The notes under the pieces: model-generated
What the model was told of the DNA's origin: nothing
Seen by the model: only the letters and a program-made list of their open reading frames with translations
The model's database searches: none
Part shown: piece by piece, positions 38,791 through 51,884 of the stretch
Numbering within the stretch: the first letter of the stretch is position 1
How the letters are laid out: each line of letters starts with the position of its first letter
NCBI GenBank assembly: GCA_013265495.1
Contig: MU061579.1
Coordinates: 3,975,749 to 4,031,930 of the forward strand
Length of the DNA stretch: 56,182 bases
Origin: Vicugna vicugna
Lineage: Eukaryota
Direction: 5' to 3'
Position numbers and translations under genes: made by a program

Positions 38791-39965
38791 ATGTACTAGT
38801 TTATAGAAAAAAATTAGCATGTATAGTATTAAAGTCTAAACCCATGTATATCTCTACATAGGAGCAATAAATAAATCTAGGTAGCATTTTAAAGATTGTG
38901 TTTAAAAAAACAAAAGTTAAATAATAATCTCAAAAAATCTCATTTTTAAAGACCTCCATTTGGCTTGAAAATATAATGATGTTCTCATGTGTTTAAAATC
39001 ATATCACATATTTAAATTTTGCTGCCATAAAGATAAACATTCCATTGCCTAGAGAATTATATTAATTACCAAGTTTCAATTGATCATATGCTAATACATT
39101 TTAATGCTGTAAGGAAAGCCACTTGATCCTGAATATTTTCAGCTGAGTTTTCTGTCTTAGCTTTCCTCCTCTAATGCCTAATAAGAGGGTATTTGTTATT
39201 AGGAAATAAGGAATCTGGGAAAGATTTGTTAAGAATGGAAGTGTCATGCTCAGAATCATTTTCTATCTTCTGCTTCTATCAGTTTTTGATTTTATTCTAA
39301 GTATCCTAGGGTAACTTTCTTTTCCTGCGTTCTCTGCTTAATAACAAATAGGCAAAAGCCAGATGGGAATGAGAAATATGAGTCCTGGGTATAAATGCTG
39401 CCTTAACCCAAAATCAAATGGATCTCTTTGGAAGAATCATTTACCAAATCAGGACTTGAATCTCATCTAGATGTAAGTTACAGTCATAGACAAGCTGATT
39501 ATTATATAGGAAATAGGCTAATGGTTTTAAATGATTAATATTTGAATCCACTATTATCTTTTTGAGAACAAGTCCTTTGACCCAGTTGGCCAGAGGCATT
39601 CATCTTTCTGGAGAGTGTGGCAGACTAGGATTTATTACAGAATGAATTTTTTAAAAGTTACATTCAGTTTTTGATACGTATAATTAATGCAACAAGACTA
39701 TAGATGTGAGGAGAATCATATAATTTGGAAGATTTTTTTTCCCAAGTTATCTTAGCTCTCTTATCTCCTCCAAACTGGAAGACTCTTGCCCACAGAGATG
39801 ATACCCTTTATATTCATGACATTGAGGCCTTGAGGCTGTGTTACTGTATAGAATGGAAAGTTTTAACAAGAGCAAAAAAAAAAATTATTTAAGCATTTAT
39901 CTTTTCCTTCCCTTGAGAAATAGTGCAAAGAAAGAAAAATATAAACAATTAGAAATAATTATCCA

Positions 39966-40040
39966 ATACCACATGGGGAATATAGCCAATACTTTGTAAT
40001 AACTGTAAATGGAGTGTAACCTTTAAAATTGTATCAAAAA
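39966..40040 (+). mobile_element. 75-bp ultra-truncated L1 3' end with perfect 15-bp TSD
   Basis: Insert 'ggggaatatagccaatactttgtaataactgtaaatggagtgtaacctttaaaattgtatcaaaaa' is L1 3'UTR. TSD AGAAATAATTATCCA at 39951-39965 and 40041-40055. The TT/AGAA site fits L1 endonuclease preference. Confidence 0.9.
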
Positions 40041-41027
40041 AGAAATAATTATCCATTTTCTCTTTTAAGGCATTTGTTTGGTAAGAAGGATATGTATTAT
40101 ATACTGACGGTAAGAGAATGAGCAGAAGGAAACGTAACATCTTCTTTAATGTTCAGGTGGTAAACAGTAAACTCTTGGGTCTTTTCTGAATGAAGCTGAA
40201 ATGTAGCAAAAATGATTTGGTAAAATTCCTTGGACCCGAGGTTAATTTCCCCAAGTTACCTTCAGTTTTCATGAGGTATAGATGCTGAATTACTAGGCAG
40301 TTACCTTTCATAGGACCTTTTGTCAGGGAATATTACCTTACAAAGCAGGGAGAAGACTGCCCAGCAGGAATAGACAGAGCATTAGGAAGATGCTCTCCAG
40401 CCTGAGTCGGGGGGACTGAAATGGAACATCAACCAGAGGAAGTCACTGGACTCTGTCTGAGCCATGAGTCATGTCTGCTACAGAGCTCAGCCATGTCTAT
40501 GGCAGCTAAGATGGCAAGTGCATGAAAGGAATCGAGATTAGTTTAGTCATAGGTCACAGTAAAAGTCTCCACTGCTGCTTTCTCCCAGAGAAGATGAGAG
40601 GAGGCAAGCTGCCCATTTTAAATTCACACCAAATTTAGCAAGAAATATGGCATTGTTTATCTGAACCTAGGTTACAGCCCTTTCCACTGTGCTTCAGTTA
40701 ATTATAAGAACCTAGATTATCTCAAAATGTTTGTTTTACTTTAAATGTCTAATAAATATTTTATGTAAATTTGTTAGGGTTGAAATGAAGTATTAGGTAT
40801 AACTCTTGTTCTTATCAGTTTACAGGTTATTTAGGAAAAAGCTAAAGGCAAAAGTAAAATATCCATAAGCATCATAATCAATGAAACTTGAGATAGTAAA
40901 GTGTAATTGTTTAACATGAAACACAAAAATGGGTTTTAATATTTTAATATAGAAATACTTTATTAACATTTGAAATTACTATATAAGACATTTTGGGGAG
41001 AATAGTCTTAAGATACATCTTGATATA

Positions 41028-41140
41028 TTTGTTCATTTACGTAACCAAATACTATATAATAGAAAAATCTGTTTTGCCATGAGGATACAGAAGTAAATAA
41101 AACAAAAGTCTGATCCTCAAGAAGCTTACAGTATAAATTT
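41028..41140 (-). mobile_element. L2 3' fragment
   Basis: 'gaggatacagaagtaaataaaacaaaagtctgatcctcaagaagcttacagt'. Confidence 0.6.
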
Positions 41141-41717
41141 AAGAAATAATAAATATAATAAATAAGACAAATACAAAATAGGAGGATTAGTTTGTTTGAG
41201 GAGACTTCATTACAGAAAAATGTTGTAAGCTAAATAGTAATAGATAAGTCTGGAAGTTTGGGAGACTAATAATGAATACTAGGACAAAAGAGAGTTTTTG
41301 AATGGCAACATTGTGAGAAATTAAACTGCAAATATTGATGATGGCCACATTTTGCAATGTGTTGATTATCATGCTCTGTAGCTTGGATTTTGTATGATAG
41401 GTAGAGTGGAACTGCTGAAAATTTCCAATCATGGGAGTGTCATTTAAAGTTTTTCTTTTAGAAGTAAAATCCATCAAGGCCAACAGAGTGGAAATAGAAG
41501 CCTGTGCAAACGACTGGAGTCCTGTGACTCAGCTGAAGTTGCATAGCAGTACACACGTTAGGTAAAGATCTTTGGGTGCTTAGCATTATCAGGAGGCCCT
41601 TAAAAAAGTTGCTACAGAAGAGGAAGTTGCTCTGTTTGACCCCAGTTCTTGCAGAGATGCTTGCAGTTTGGGCAGATGAGTAAAAATAAGGTAGATAAGG
41701 AACCTCACTGGTCCCCT

Positions 41718-42200
41718 ATTTATTCACTCATTTTATTCACTTACTCATTTATAAATATACTCACACAATCCTTTTTGAGTACCTTTAATGCACCAGGAAT
41801 ATAGTCCATGGTAAGTATACATGACTAATAAAGCATGATGCCTTGTACTAGAGGCATAGAACAGACACAGTTTTTGTTGTTGTTGTTGTTGTTGTTTTTA
41901 AGTGGGATAAAGAAAAAGGAGAAGGATGTGTGGAAGCAAGGGAGGCAGAGAAAAGACGTGATTCACTGTGCCTGTGGAAGGGAAAGGAGAACAAGAATCT
42001 TCTCTCCTAGGAATTCAGATTAAACTGAGTCTTTAAAAAATACTTTTTCAAAAAGTAGCAAAAGTGAAGGGATAAAAAGAACCCCTGGGGGAAAGAGATC
42101 AGGTAGGTAGGGAACCAAGGGGTTAGGAGAGGACATAACAGGTGAAAGGAACCATGAAGACAGAGCTTTGTAGGTTTATATCCCAGGTGTGAGAAGATAA
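41718..42200 (-). mobile_element. L2 3' region containing a (TTG)n run at ~41875-41895
   Basis: Antisense L2 tail 'ttattcactcattttattcacttactcattt...ttgagtacct..tgcaccagg'. Confidence 0.55.
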
Positions 42201-42717
42201 CAGGTTTGTCTAGGATAGTTGTTGAGGGAATGGAAAAGATAGCCTTTCCAAGAAAGCACTGATAACACGTGATGATTGACTCCTACCTAAACACATTGAA
42301 GTAAAACTTACGGCATACCTATCTAAGTGAAGGCCTTCAGCCTACACTTGAAGTACAAAGACTGAATCATGGAAGAGGGATCGGGCGTAGAGATTTAAAT
42401 GTGAAAGGCAGTCATGCATGGAAAGAACAAAAGAAAGAACATTTTTCTTTTATGTTTAGAATTAAGTATTTTTAAACTCTTTCGTTCCTTCTACAGTCAA
42501 AAGAACGGAAATAAAATTATGTGAAACTCCTAACTAGACTTGACAATGAAATAAATGACCTGTATCTCATTCGATATTGTTATATTTTCTTTTACTATTT
42601 TTAATCAGAAAAAAATATGATTATTACTATTTTTTCTAATTCTACCACCAGGTCTGTTTAAATTATGCTGTTCTCTTTTAGATTATAAATTTATCCCTTT
42701 GAAAATCAGTACTTCAG

Positions 42718-44296
42718 CCCAGAGCTTCCACAGGATGGTAAAGTAGGAAGACTCTAAACTTACCTCCTCTCATGGGCACACCAAAATTACCACTTACAGA
42801 GCAACTGTCTATGAGAGTGATCTGAACTCTAGCAGAAATGACTTTCCACAACTAAATATTTAAATAAGGAACCAGAACAAGACAAACAGGAGGGGCAGAG
42901 ATGTGGTATAGTCAGGACCCATACCTCAAGGTTGGTGACCCACAAACAGTAGGAATATCACAAGTACAAAGATACTTTCAAAGGAATGAGGGAACCAAGC
43001 CCTATATCAAGCTCTCTGAATCAGGGGACTTGTACTGAGAAAACAAGTCCCCAGAATGTCTGGCTTTGAAAAATCCCTGGGGCTTATGTTCAGAACAGCT
43101 GGAGGGTTATAGGAAACAGAGAATGCTCTCAAGGATATGCACACAACCTCACATGAGCTGAATCCCATTGCATACGCATTAGATTGAAAGAAGCCTGAGT
43201 CAGACCAACTTGCTGATCTTTGAGAGCCTTCTACAAAGATAGAACTTCCGCTAGGGGTAGAGATGTTGGTAGCAACCATTTTGGGGAGCTCATTCAACTC
43301 CAGTGACAACTGTAATGCCATTTTGGAATCCTTCCTGTAGCCTATTAATCCATAGACATAGCCCTATCCACCAGTGGACCCACAGTAACCACACAAATAT
43401 CTTTGTTGACAAGGATGTGGAGAAAAGGGGACACTTGTGCATTACTGGTGAGATTGTAAATTGGTGCAGACACTATGGAAAATAAAATGGAGTCTTCTAA
43501 AAAAATTAAAAAATAGAACCTACCATATGATCCAGCAATTTCACTCCTGGGTTTTTAACCTGAAGAAAACAAAGACACTAATTTGAAAAGTATATGCACC
43601 CTGATATTCATTGCAGTATGATTTACAATAGTCAAGATATGGAAGCAACCTAAGCGTTCATCAATAGCTGAATGGATAAAGAAAATGAGTCATACACACA
43701 CATATATTCACATGATATTACTCAGCCGTAAAAAAATCGTATCTTTCCATTTGCAACAATATGGATAACTCTAAAGGGTGTCATGGTTAGTGAAATAAGT
43801 CAGAAATTGAAAGACAAATGCTGTATGATCTCACTCATATGTGGAATTTAAAAAACCAAAACAAAGCAAAATGAAAATAGACTCATAGATACAGGGGAAA
43901 AATGAGCAGTTACCAAGATGGGAGGAGTGTGAAGGACTGGGCATACTAGGTCAAGGGGATTAAGAAATACAGACTTCCATTTATAAAATAAATAAGGATG
44001 TAAGTGTACAGCATAAGGAATATGGTCAGTAATATTATAATAACTTTGTACAAGGACAGATGGTTGCTAGACTTATCATGGTGGTCATTTTGTAACATAT
44101 GCAAATGCCAAATCACTATGCAGTACACCTGAAACTAACATAATATTGTACATCAACTATATTTCAATGAAAATAAAATAGTTGATTTCCTATTTGATCA
44201 CAAAGAAAATTTTGATGCATCTTGTTGCTTCAGTTTTTGTAATAATCATGTATTACTCTTATAATGCAAAAAACACTAAAATAAAGGAAAAACTTT
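42718..44296 (+). mobile_element. Internally deleted or spliced L1: 5'UTR + ORF2 C-terminus/3'UTR + extra 3' segment, 15-bp TSD
   Basis: L1 5'UTR-like sequence ~42720-43400. ORF2 end from ~43404 ('tgttgacaaggatgtggagaaaaggg'). L1 terminus 'catcaactatatttcaatgaaaataaaa' at ~44178. TSD AAATCAGTACTTCAG (42703-42717) / AAATTAGTACTTCAG (44297-44311). Confidence 0.85.
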
Positions 44297-45350
44297 AAAT
44301 TAGTACTTCAGAATATCCTGTAATATGAAGTAGCCAAGATGAGATTTTTTTCCTAGATATTTTTGGCTTAAATTTATATTTTACAATTCAGTATTTTCCT
44401 TGGCAGTAATCCTTTTAACATCGAATGAAATTATGCTTTCTTAACATAAGAAATAGAAGACTAAAGGAGGTCTCTTACAGATGTTTATACTGGAAGAAAA
44501 CTTGAATAGCTTTTAAAGTCTTCATAGTGTGATCATAAGATTGTCCAGAGTGCATTCTATGGTTTAGAACTGTTCAAAGGTGGAATCGGGATTCTTCAGG
44601 AGGCAATGAGTTACACTGAAGGGAGAAACAAGATGAATTTAAAACATATGGTTACATTTAAGAGAGCAGAGATCTAAGTGAAATTATTTGCTCAGCATAG
44701 GTAAAGTGACTTGGACTTAGGTCTTTTAACTACCTGAACTCTTGTCTTTTGTCTCTTGAATCTTTTATATTCATCAAAGTTGTCATGCCATTTTTCATTA
44801 GACAATGTTTAGCAAGCAAAGGTGAATATCCACCCTCAAATAAACAAAATAGTCATCTTTCTTATCAAGGGGTTCTGCGAAGTTTGAAATAAGGCATAAT
44901 TGTTGACTGAACATCCCATTTGTCTTTATGCTAGAACCTGTTTTGTGTCTAGGAGTCAAAGTGCATTAATTAAAACAATCAATCCAAATCTAGATTTTAC
45001 TCTTGTACCAGGATACTGAGTGACTACAGTTATTCTTTCAGAACTTGATACCTTGAAGCAGAAGTTTTTGAAACTGACCTGTTCAGAGATGTCCTTGGGC
45101 TGACTTATACCTCCTGAGGTTAATGTAATGGGAATGGATCTGCCTCAGGACAGCTAAAAGTGCCACCTCCAGCTGTTTTTTTATTGGTCAACTGCTAGCT
45201 TGAGAGCAGAATAAATTGTGCAGCAGATGCTTAGAATCTTTTACCTGCTCTAATGTAATGAGCAATGCAGGACTGAAACATGCTAGGTCAGTTGATAACT
45301 ATAGGAGTGGTCTTGAAATATAATTTTCAAAAAATTTTAACCTTTTTTAT

Positions 45351-46500
45351 ATTCATTCAGCCAACATATATTTACGGATCCTCTTCCAAGACTGGGGAAT
45401 ACAGTGGTGAAGCATGCCATGCTAAACAGGGATAAACATCTAAAAGCATAGAAACAAAAATTAGTAGTAAGTGATCTGAAGCATGTAAAATAGGGTGAAG
45501 TGAAAGAGAATGTAATACAATGATAGTCCTGCTTTAGCTGGACTATCATTAAAGAATTTCTTGATATTTGATTTGAAACCAGGATAATGAAAAGAAAGCA
45601 GCTGTGTGGAGACCTGGGAGAGAAGTGTTGGAGGTTTCCAAGAAATAGGTATATAAAGTACAAAAACTATAACACAGAAATGCACTTGGTCATTTTCAGA
45701 GACAAAAAGGCCAGCTGAGCTGTATCTTAGAGAGTTGAAGAGTACTTCTTAGAGAACCTTCTAAAATATGATAGGTAATTTCAAATTTTATTTATATTTT
45801 AACAGAACATTTTTTTAAAAAATTTGAGCAGTGAAATATAATTCGTATGGTTTAATGAGAGTTTAATTGTGTAAGGGATAGAGTGGAGTCAGTTTAGTAC
45901 AGAAGCTCCTGCAGTATTTCAGGGGACAGCTGACGGTAGCTTTGATAGGTAGGGTTGTAACATTTAAGAGAGTAAAAGGATCTGATTCAGAATATATTTT
46001 AGACACTGAGCCAACAGGATTTACAAGTTGAATAAGGAATGTAAAGAAATAAAGCAGAATGACTCCAAGATTCTTGGCTTAAAAAATCAGGTAGTGCCAA
46101 TCTGCAGATAAAGTATGGGTGAGGGCAGGAAAGAATCAACAAATGAAGAGTTGAGATGCTTGTTAGACTTCTCTGTAGTATAAACTGACTCTTGGGTATA
46201 CTACTCTGGAACTCAGGGGACAGTCCAAACTTGGTCATCTGAAAGTCATCAAAAGCAGAAGACATTCCAATACTTACTTGTTTGATAGTGGAGTAAGGGA
46301 CTGTAAAGAAACACATGAAATAGAGAATGGTTAAGAAGAAACAGGTCTATCATGATGTCTTAGAGAACTAGAAAATACAGTGATCCAAGAAAGAGGGAGT
46401 GATCAATTATTGATATGTAGTTGATAATTTGAGTAAGAAGAGGAAACAAAAATTGCTCATTTCTCTGGCAAGATGTAGTCATTGGTGACTCATTGACCCT
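45351..46500 (-). mobile_element. L2 LINE
   Basis: 'attcattcagccaacatatattt...ctggggaatacagtggtgaa', 'gattcagaatatattttagacactgagccaacaggattt', 'gaatgactccaagattcttggctt'. Confidence 0.85.
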
Positions 46501-49500
46501 AATCAATAACTCAGCTACACTATTTTGGACTATATTCACCTTAACCTTTTTATTATTATCAGTGATGTAGTAATAGTAATGTAATCACTAGAATTACTTA
46601 AAAAAATCTTCCCTGAAGTGACATAAAGATTCTAAGAACAGGATGGTCAAAGAGAATGGCTGTTACCATGTTCTGACATCCACAGTCACAGATACCAGTT
46701 TATCTTCTTTCTAATAGACTCACTATTATTGTGCAAAGCCAGCAATCCAGCAAGTACAGCCAGTTGTGGAACCTCTCTATCAAGACTAGACATCATATTC
46801 GATTTGATTGATGTGAAAGCTTTTGAAATTTGGAACTTAAGATAGCAACTGGCTGCTCTGAATTCAACTTACTGTCTAAAGAGGGGAGACTTGTACTTGT
46901 TAGGCTTCTGAATTTTTTTTCCATATGCATGTTCTATTATTTATTATATCTGATGGTAATTGTAAAGGGCAAAAGAATAAACTTACTTTCTTCCTAAGGT
47001 TAAGATAGCAAAAACATAGGAGAGTAGTTCAATTCATTCTGAACATCAATCAATACACTATCTGATGTAGAATAAACCCTGTTAAGTAAACATAGCTGTT
47101 TCTAACGTGAAAAGACATGGTGCCTATCTAACCAACATTAAATTATAACTAAAGAGATTAACCTCTTGGTAGATGCTGATCAAATATTGTTATAGTTAAT
47201 TACCACTTGTAAAGTATCCTGGAGACCTCTATACAAATGCAGCATAAATAAACGTATTTGTATTTTGGTTTAAATGTTTAATTTAGTTGATTTGCTTTTC
47301 AGTTGCTGAATTTTGCTTTCTACTACAGGCTTTTAGTTTCCTTAAGGATGCCACCGTGAATTTAGCATATAGCTCCTGATGCTAAAAAACAAATTTGAAA
47401 AGCAGATGGAATTTGTAGCACACTTGTGCTTTGTTCATCAGTGAAGGTTCAAGCTGGCAGGGAAGACAAAAGATAGATGACCAGGAATTCCTGCTGTAAT
47501 TTTGACTCTTAGTATAATCCATAGTAAGTCACCTAACCTCACTAGAAGTCACTGTCTAAAGTGGTGAAGTCAAGAGGAAAAGGTATTGTTTTTCTATCTC
47601 TCAGAGGCAGGGTGTGATAATAATTGAAGCTTTTGAATAGAAATAGGAAGGGGTTGTTTCATTACAAGTAAAGAAAGCAGATGTCTGTGAGTTTGGAATA
47701 TTAATCTAACCTAAGAAAATCAAAGCTTTTATTTTCTTCTCGGAACATGTATAGCTCAATCCTTCTGCAGTTAATGTAAAAGGCACAGGTTTCCTCTGAA
47801 AGCATTAAAAAAAAAATCAGCTTTAGTCTGAATGTTAGAAATGACTTCAGAGTCAGTGGTTTTCTAATATTTTGTTATTGTTATACAATATTCTTGATAA
47901 AATAAAATTTCAGCCTTGTCAATATTTAACTGAGATGAAATGAGAATTGTCTCACTTGCTTTGGAAGCGTGAGCAAGAACCCCATGATTTGACCTCCCTT
48001 GGCCTCACTTGTAGCCCCTGATACATTTTTGGATAAGAATATGGATGTACTCGATTAGAAATTTGAGAAAGGAAGTGTTTTTAATTAAAACATTGATATA
48101 TGTATATAAACTATTTACCATTCTTGCCCCCTTCTATCCTGAATCTATCTTAAAGAGAGTCGGACTATTTTGCAAAAAAAATAACATTTGCTTTTTGGTC
48201 ACCCATTCCCTGCTTTGTATTCCTTATATTTTTGTTCATTCTAAAATATTCAGTGGGTTCTTTATGTTTCTTAATCTTTCTCCTCATCATTACTAGCTTT
48301 CTTACTTTCACAGGTAAAAATCTCCCATGATCTGGACATGTAATTCTTCCCAGTCTATCAGGCTTACCTAATTTTTGACCCATTTCCTCACAGTCTGTCA
48401 AGTGGTGAATTCACTCATCTTTCCAATAACGATCCACTGGCTCTTTGCAAGGAATGGGACACTAACACAGACATAAATAGAATGTAGTTTCTTCTCTCAA
48501 GGAAAGTGTAGTTTAGGGAAGCAAACAAGGAAGTCAGTAGAAACTTTAATAAAAGTTATGTTTGAGGTATTTTGTTACTTAAACTCAGATCATGGAACAA
48601 ATCAGGTTTATTGGTTTATTGTTTACCGATGAGCATAATGTGATTCTGAGGGATATGAATATGGATGCATTTTGAAATATCAAGACCTTTACAAGGTAAA
48701 GTGGTAATAAAATAATTATCATATGTAAAGTTTTAGTGTACAGGCCTATTAGGTCAAGTTGTCAAAAACTACAACATAAGACAAATAAGTGCAAATAAGA
48801 TGACTCATTTCTATTATTTCCCTCTTGCTTTCACTTAAAAGAAAAATTCTCCTGTCAATAGCATCACTCTTCACAGAGGCAGAAATTACAAGTATCTTGA
48901 TTTCTGCTTTAGGCCCAGCCATAGGACTAAAGTAGAATTCTTGGAAGGATAATAGGTAGAAGCATTATTTTTTCTCAATTTTTGCTCTTTAACAAGTACC
49001 TCTATACAAAATGTGAATAACTTGGTTATTTCAATCATTATGCCTGCAAGAGTGGGAGAGACAGAGGGAGAGAGGAAGAAAAGAAGAGAGGAGGCACAAG
49101 TGGGATTTGGTATCCTGCAAATTTTATTTCATTGTTGACTGAGTGCTGTGTTTTTAGATGTGACCATCAGTGTTTTGAATAGCAATCCTTATACTAAGTG
49201 GTTATTGTATAAGTTAAGGAAAGAATGGATCTGCTTGTTGAAAGGGCAAGCGATAAACATCCTCGGCAAAACAAAACCAAACAAATCTTGAAAGTAACAG
49301 CTGCCATTACCCAACAAAAGATTATTTTTAGTAAATCTCAGCGTGAGGGTTTTTGATCACAGACAATCTTTTCAATAACAGCCTAATACATTAATCATGA
49401 TAATATTTATCATCTGTTACGAAACATAGCAGTAAAAATATGGGCATGGTGAAATAAAAAAGGATAATGAATGTCTAGGAGCAAATTGTGGCCTAATAAT

Positions 49501-50299
49501 CTTCATATTTTAAAGTGGAAAGCAATCCCTTGTCAACATTCCCTTTATATAATTCATATCACACCATCTATAGAATATCTAGAATAATATATATGGAATA
49601 ATTTAAAAAAGAATATATCAAGGACCCTTACTATAGAATACAGTTTGAGGAGAATTATGTTCTTCTACTTAATGAGTTTTGAAATTGATTTTATAAAGAA
49701 TATATTCCATTTTTATTTAATGTTAAAGTTAAAGGAATACTAATCTTTTTGTGAAAGAAAAATTTTAAGGTATTTATATAAGCAGCCATCTTTAAACTTT
49801 ATATTTTTAAACCTTTATACTTTATACTGTTACATATTTATTCTTTGGTATACTCTGGGCTTTCGTTTTAAAGATTAATGTTTATGACTTTATAGTTTGT
49901 TGCATTTTATAAATTGGTTCATAGTCTAAATTATGGTAAAGATGATTGCTTTCCAAGCCTTGAAGACTTGTTCCAGTTTATAGAACAAAGCTGTTTTCAT
50001 GCCTGTAGAACACTGTATTACTTTGCATTTTTATGCAATGTTTAGAATTTTACCAAATTTCAGAGGATGATTTCAAAGTGTTTCACCATTTGGTTATTCT
50101 TCATATAACATAACTAGCTAAATAGAAGTTTGGATTTGGGTTTCTAAAATTAGAAGACCACTCCTGAACATATTACAAATAATATTTACCCTGTGTTGAT
50201 TACTAGAGCAAGAAAAATATAAAATATGGGTAAGTTTTTTCATATATGAAAATAACCTAATATTTGTGTATTTTCCACCAAACTATTGAAATTTTAAGT

Positions 50300-51500
50300 A
50301 TATTTATTTTTGAAATCACACTGTGTAAATAATCCTCTGTTCTGCTTGTTTCACTTGACATTACTGAATTTCCTCATTGTATTATTTCAAAATCTGTGTA
50401 TAATCATTTATTGATGAGAAGAATTCTAATACATGGAGAAAAATAATGAAAATGTTTCCTGCTATTGAGAATTTAATATGCATCTAATTTTTTCATTGTT
50501 TTACAAATTATGTTAAAAGAACATCTTTTTTGCATGAACACTTTTTACACTAAAGGAAGTATTTTCAGAATTCATATATGTCTTAGTCTTGGTTCTTTAG
50601 GAAAAGAATAACTCTGTTGCATAGCTTAGTGCTAATGCTTTAAATGAAGGTATAATCCTCCAGGACAGCAAATTAAAGAAACTGAGAAGTGACTCTGAGT
50701 AAAAGTAAAGGTAAATAAGGGTAATACATTACTTCATATGAAAAAATACAGCTATTATCTTGATTATGTAGTACAATCTACGTAGGACAGATGGAACCAC
50801 TCACTAGGCTTTGAAATAGTCCAGAGAGAGGAAGAAAGAGGAAGGTTTTCTTTCTTTCTCCTGTCTCTTAATGGCTAATGTTTGCTTTATGAGCTGTTAA
50901 CTTCTTCACATTCCCAAGATATGTCAAATACTCCTGAGAGAAGCCCATGAATCCAGGTCTCATGCTCTCTGGTGTACTATATTATTTGGATCCAGAAGTG
51001 GTTCAGGCCAGCTCATTCTGGGACTTGTTGTGTGGGCATTCACTATGCTGTAGCTTTCACCATGGTAGACATCATAGAAGCCATACAAAGGATCTAGCAC
51101 CCATACAAAATGCAGCCTAGGTTACTAAATATGCTATGACATGAGATGGTTACCAGGGATGGCAAACAGCCTATGTGGGAACTGATGCTTAGCAAATAAA
51201 TCTGATGTGAAACATACATGGGTCCTGAAACATCAATACATCAGATAAAAGTTATGAAAATTTACTTGGCTCTTAATACACACTGAAGTATTACTTTTTT
51301 AAAAAGGTATACATTTCTACACATATATCAGTAATAAATAAATATATTCAGTATTTTTGTTAAATCAATGTTTATTTCTAAATCAACCCAAAACTTTCCC
51401 AAATAGCATTGTTTAATTAAATTTGCATTTTTATTACTAGACAGGTTTAAAGTTACTCATGTTTATTCATCTGGACTTTCAACTTCTCCATATCTATATA
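50300..51500 (-). mobile_element. Old L1ME-like fragment interrupted by an LTR (parts ~50300-50578 and ~51241-51500)
   Basis: Degraded antisense L1 3'/ORF2-end motifs continue on both sides of the MaLR LTR. Confidence 0.5.
50579..51240. mobile_element. MLT1-type MaLR solo LTR
   Basis: Starts TGTCTTAGTCTTGGTTC (an MLT1-like terminus) and ends ...AATACA; GC-richer than its flanks. Confidence 0.6.
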
Positions 51501-51884
51501 AATATTTCCCTAAGTTATTTAAACATGCTTTTGTCATCAGTCTAAAAAAATACAAAATTGAAGCCAAAGGGAAAAAAAAAGTCAGACACGTACAAGTCTG
51601 TGTAAGTCAACTTTCTTCTTTTTTTGGAACAACTTTCTGTAAAAAGTTTTATATCAATATCAAATACCATAACAACAAGCATGATTAAAGATTAAATACC
51701 TAGGCCTATACTTTTAAAATATTGTGTACAGTAACAATATGAAAAAAAATTGCTATCAAGGCACTCCAAAGGAAACGAACTTACAGAAAGCTCAACCATA
51801 TTCTTGAATTGAAGGTCTCAGCATAATAAAGATGGCAACTTCTTTTCTAATTTATTAAATTTTTTTTATTAAAAATAAATTTCA

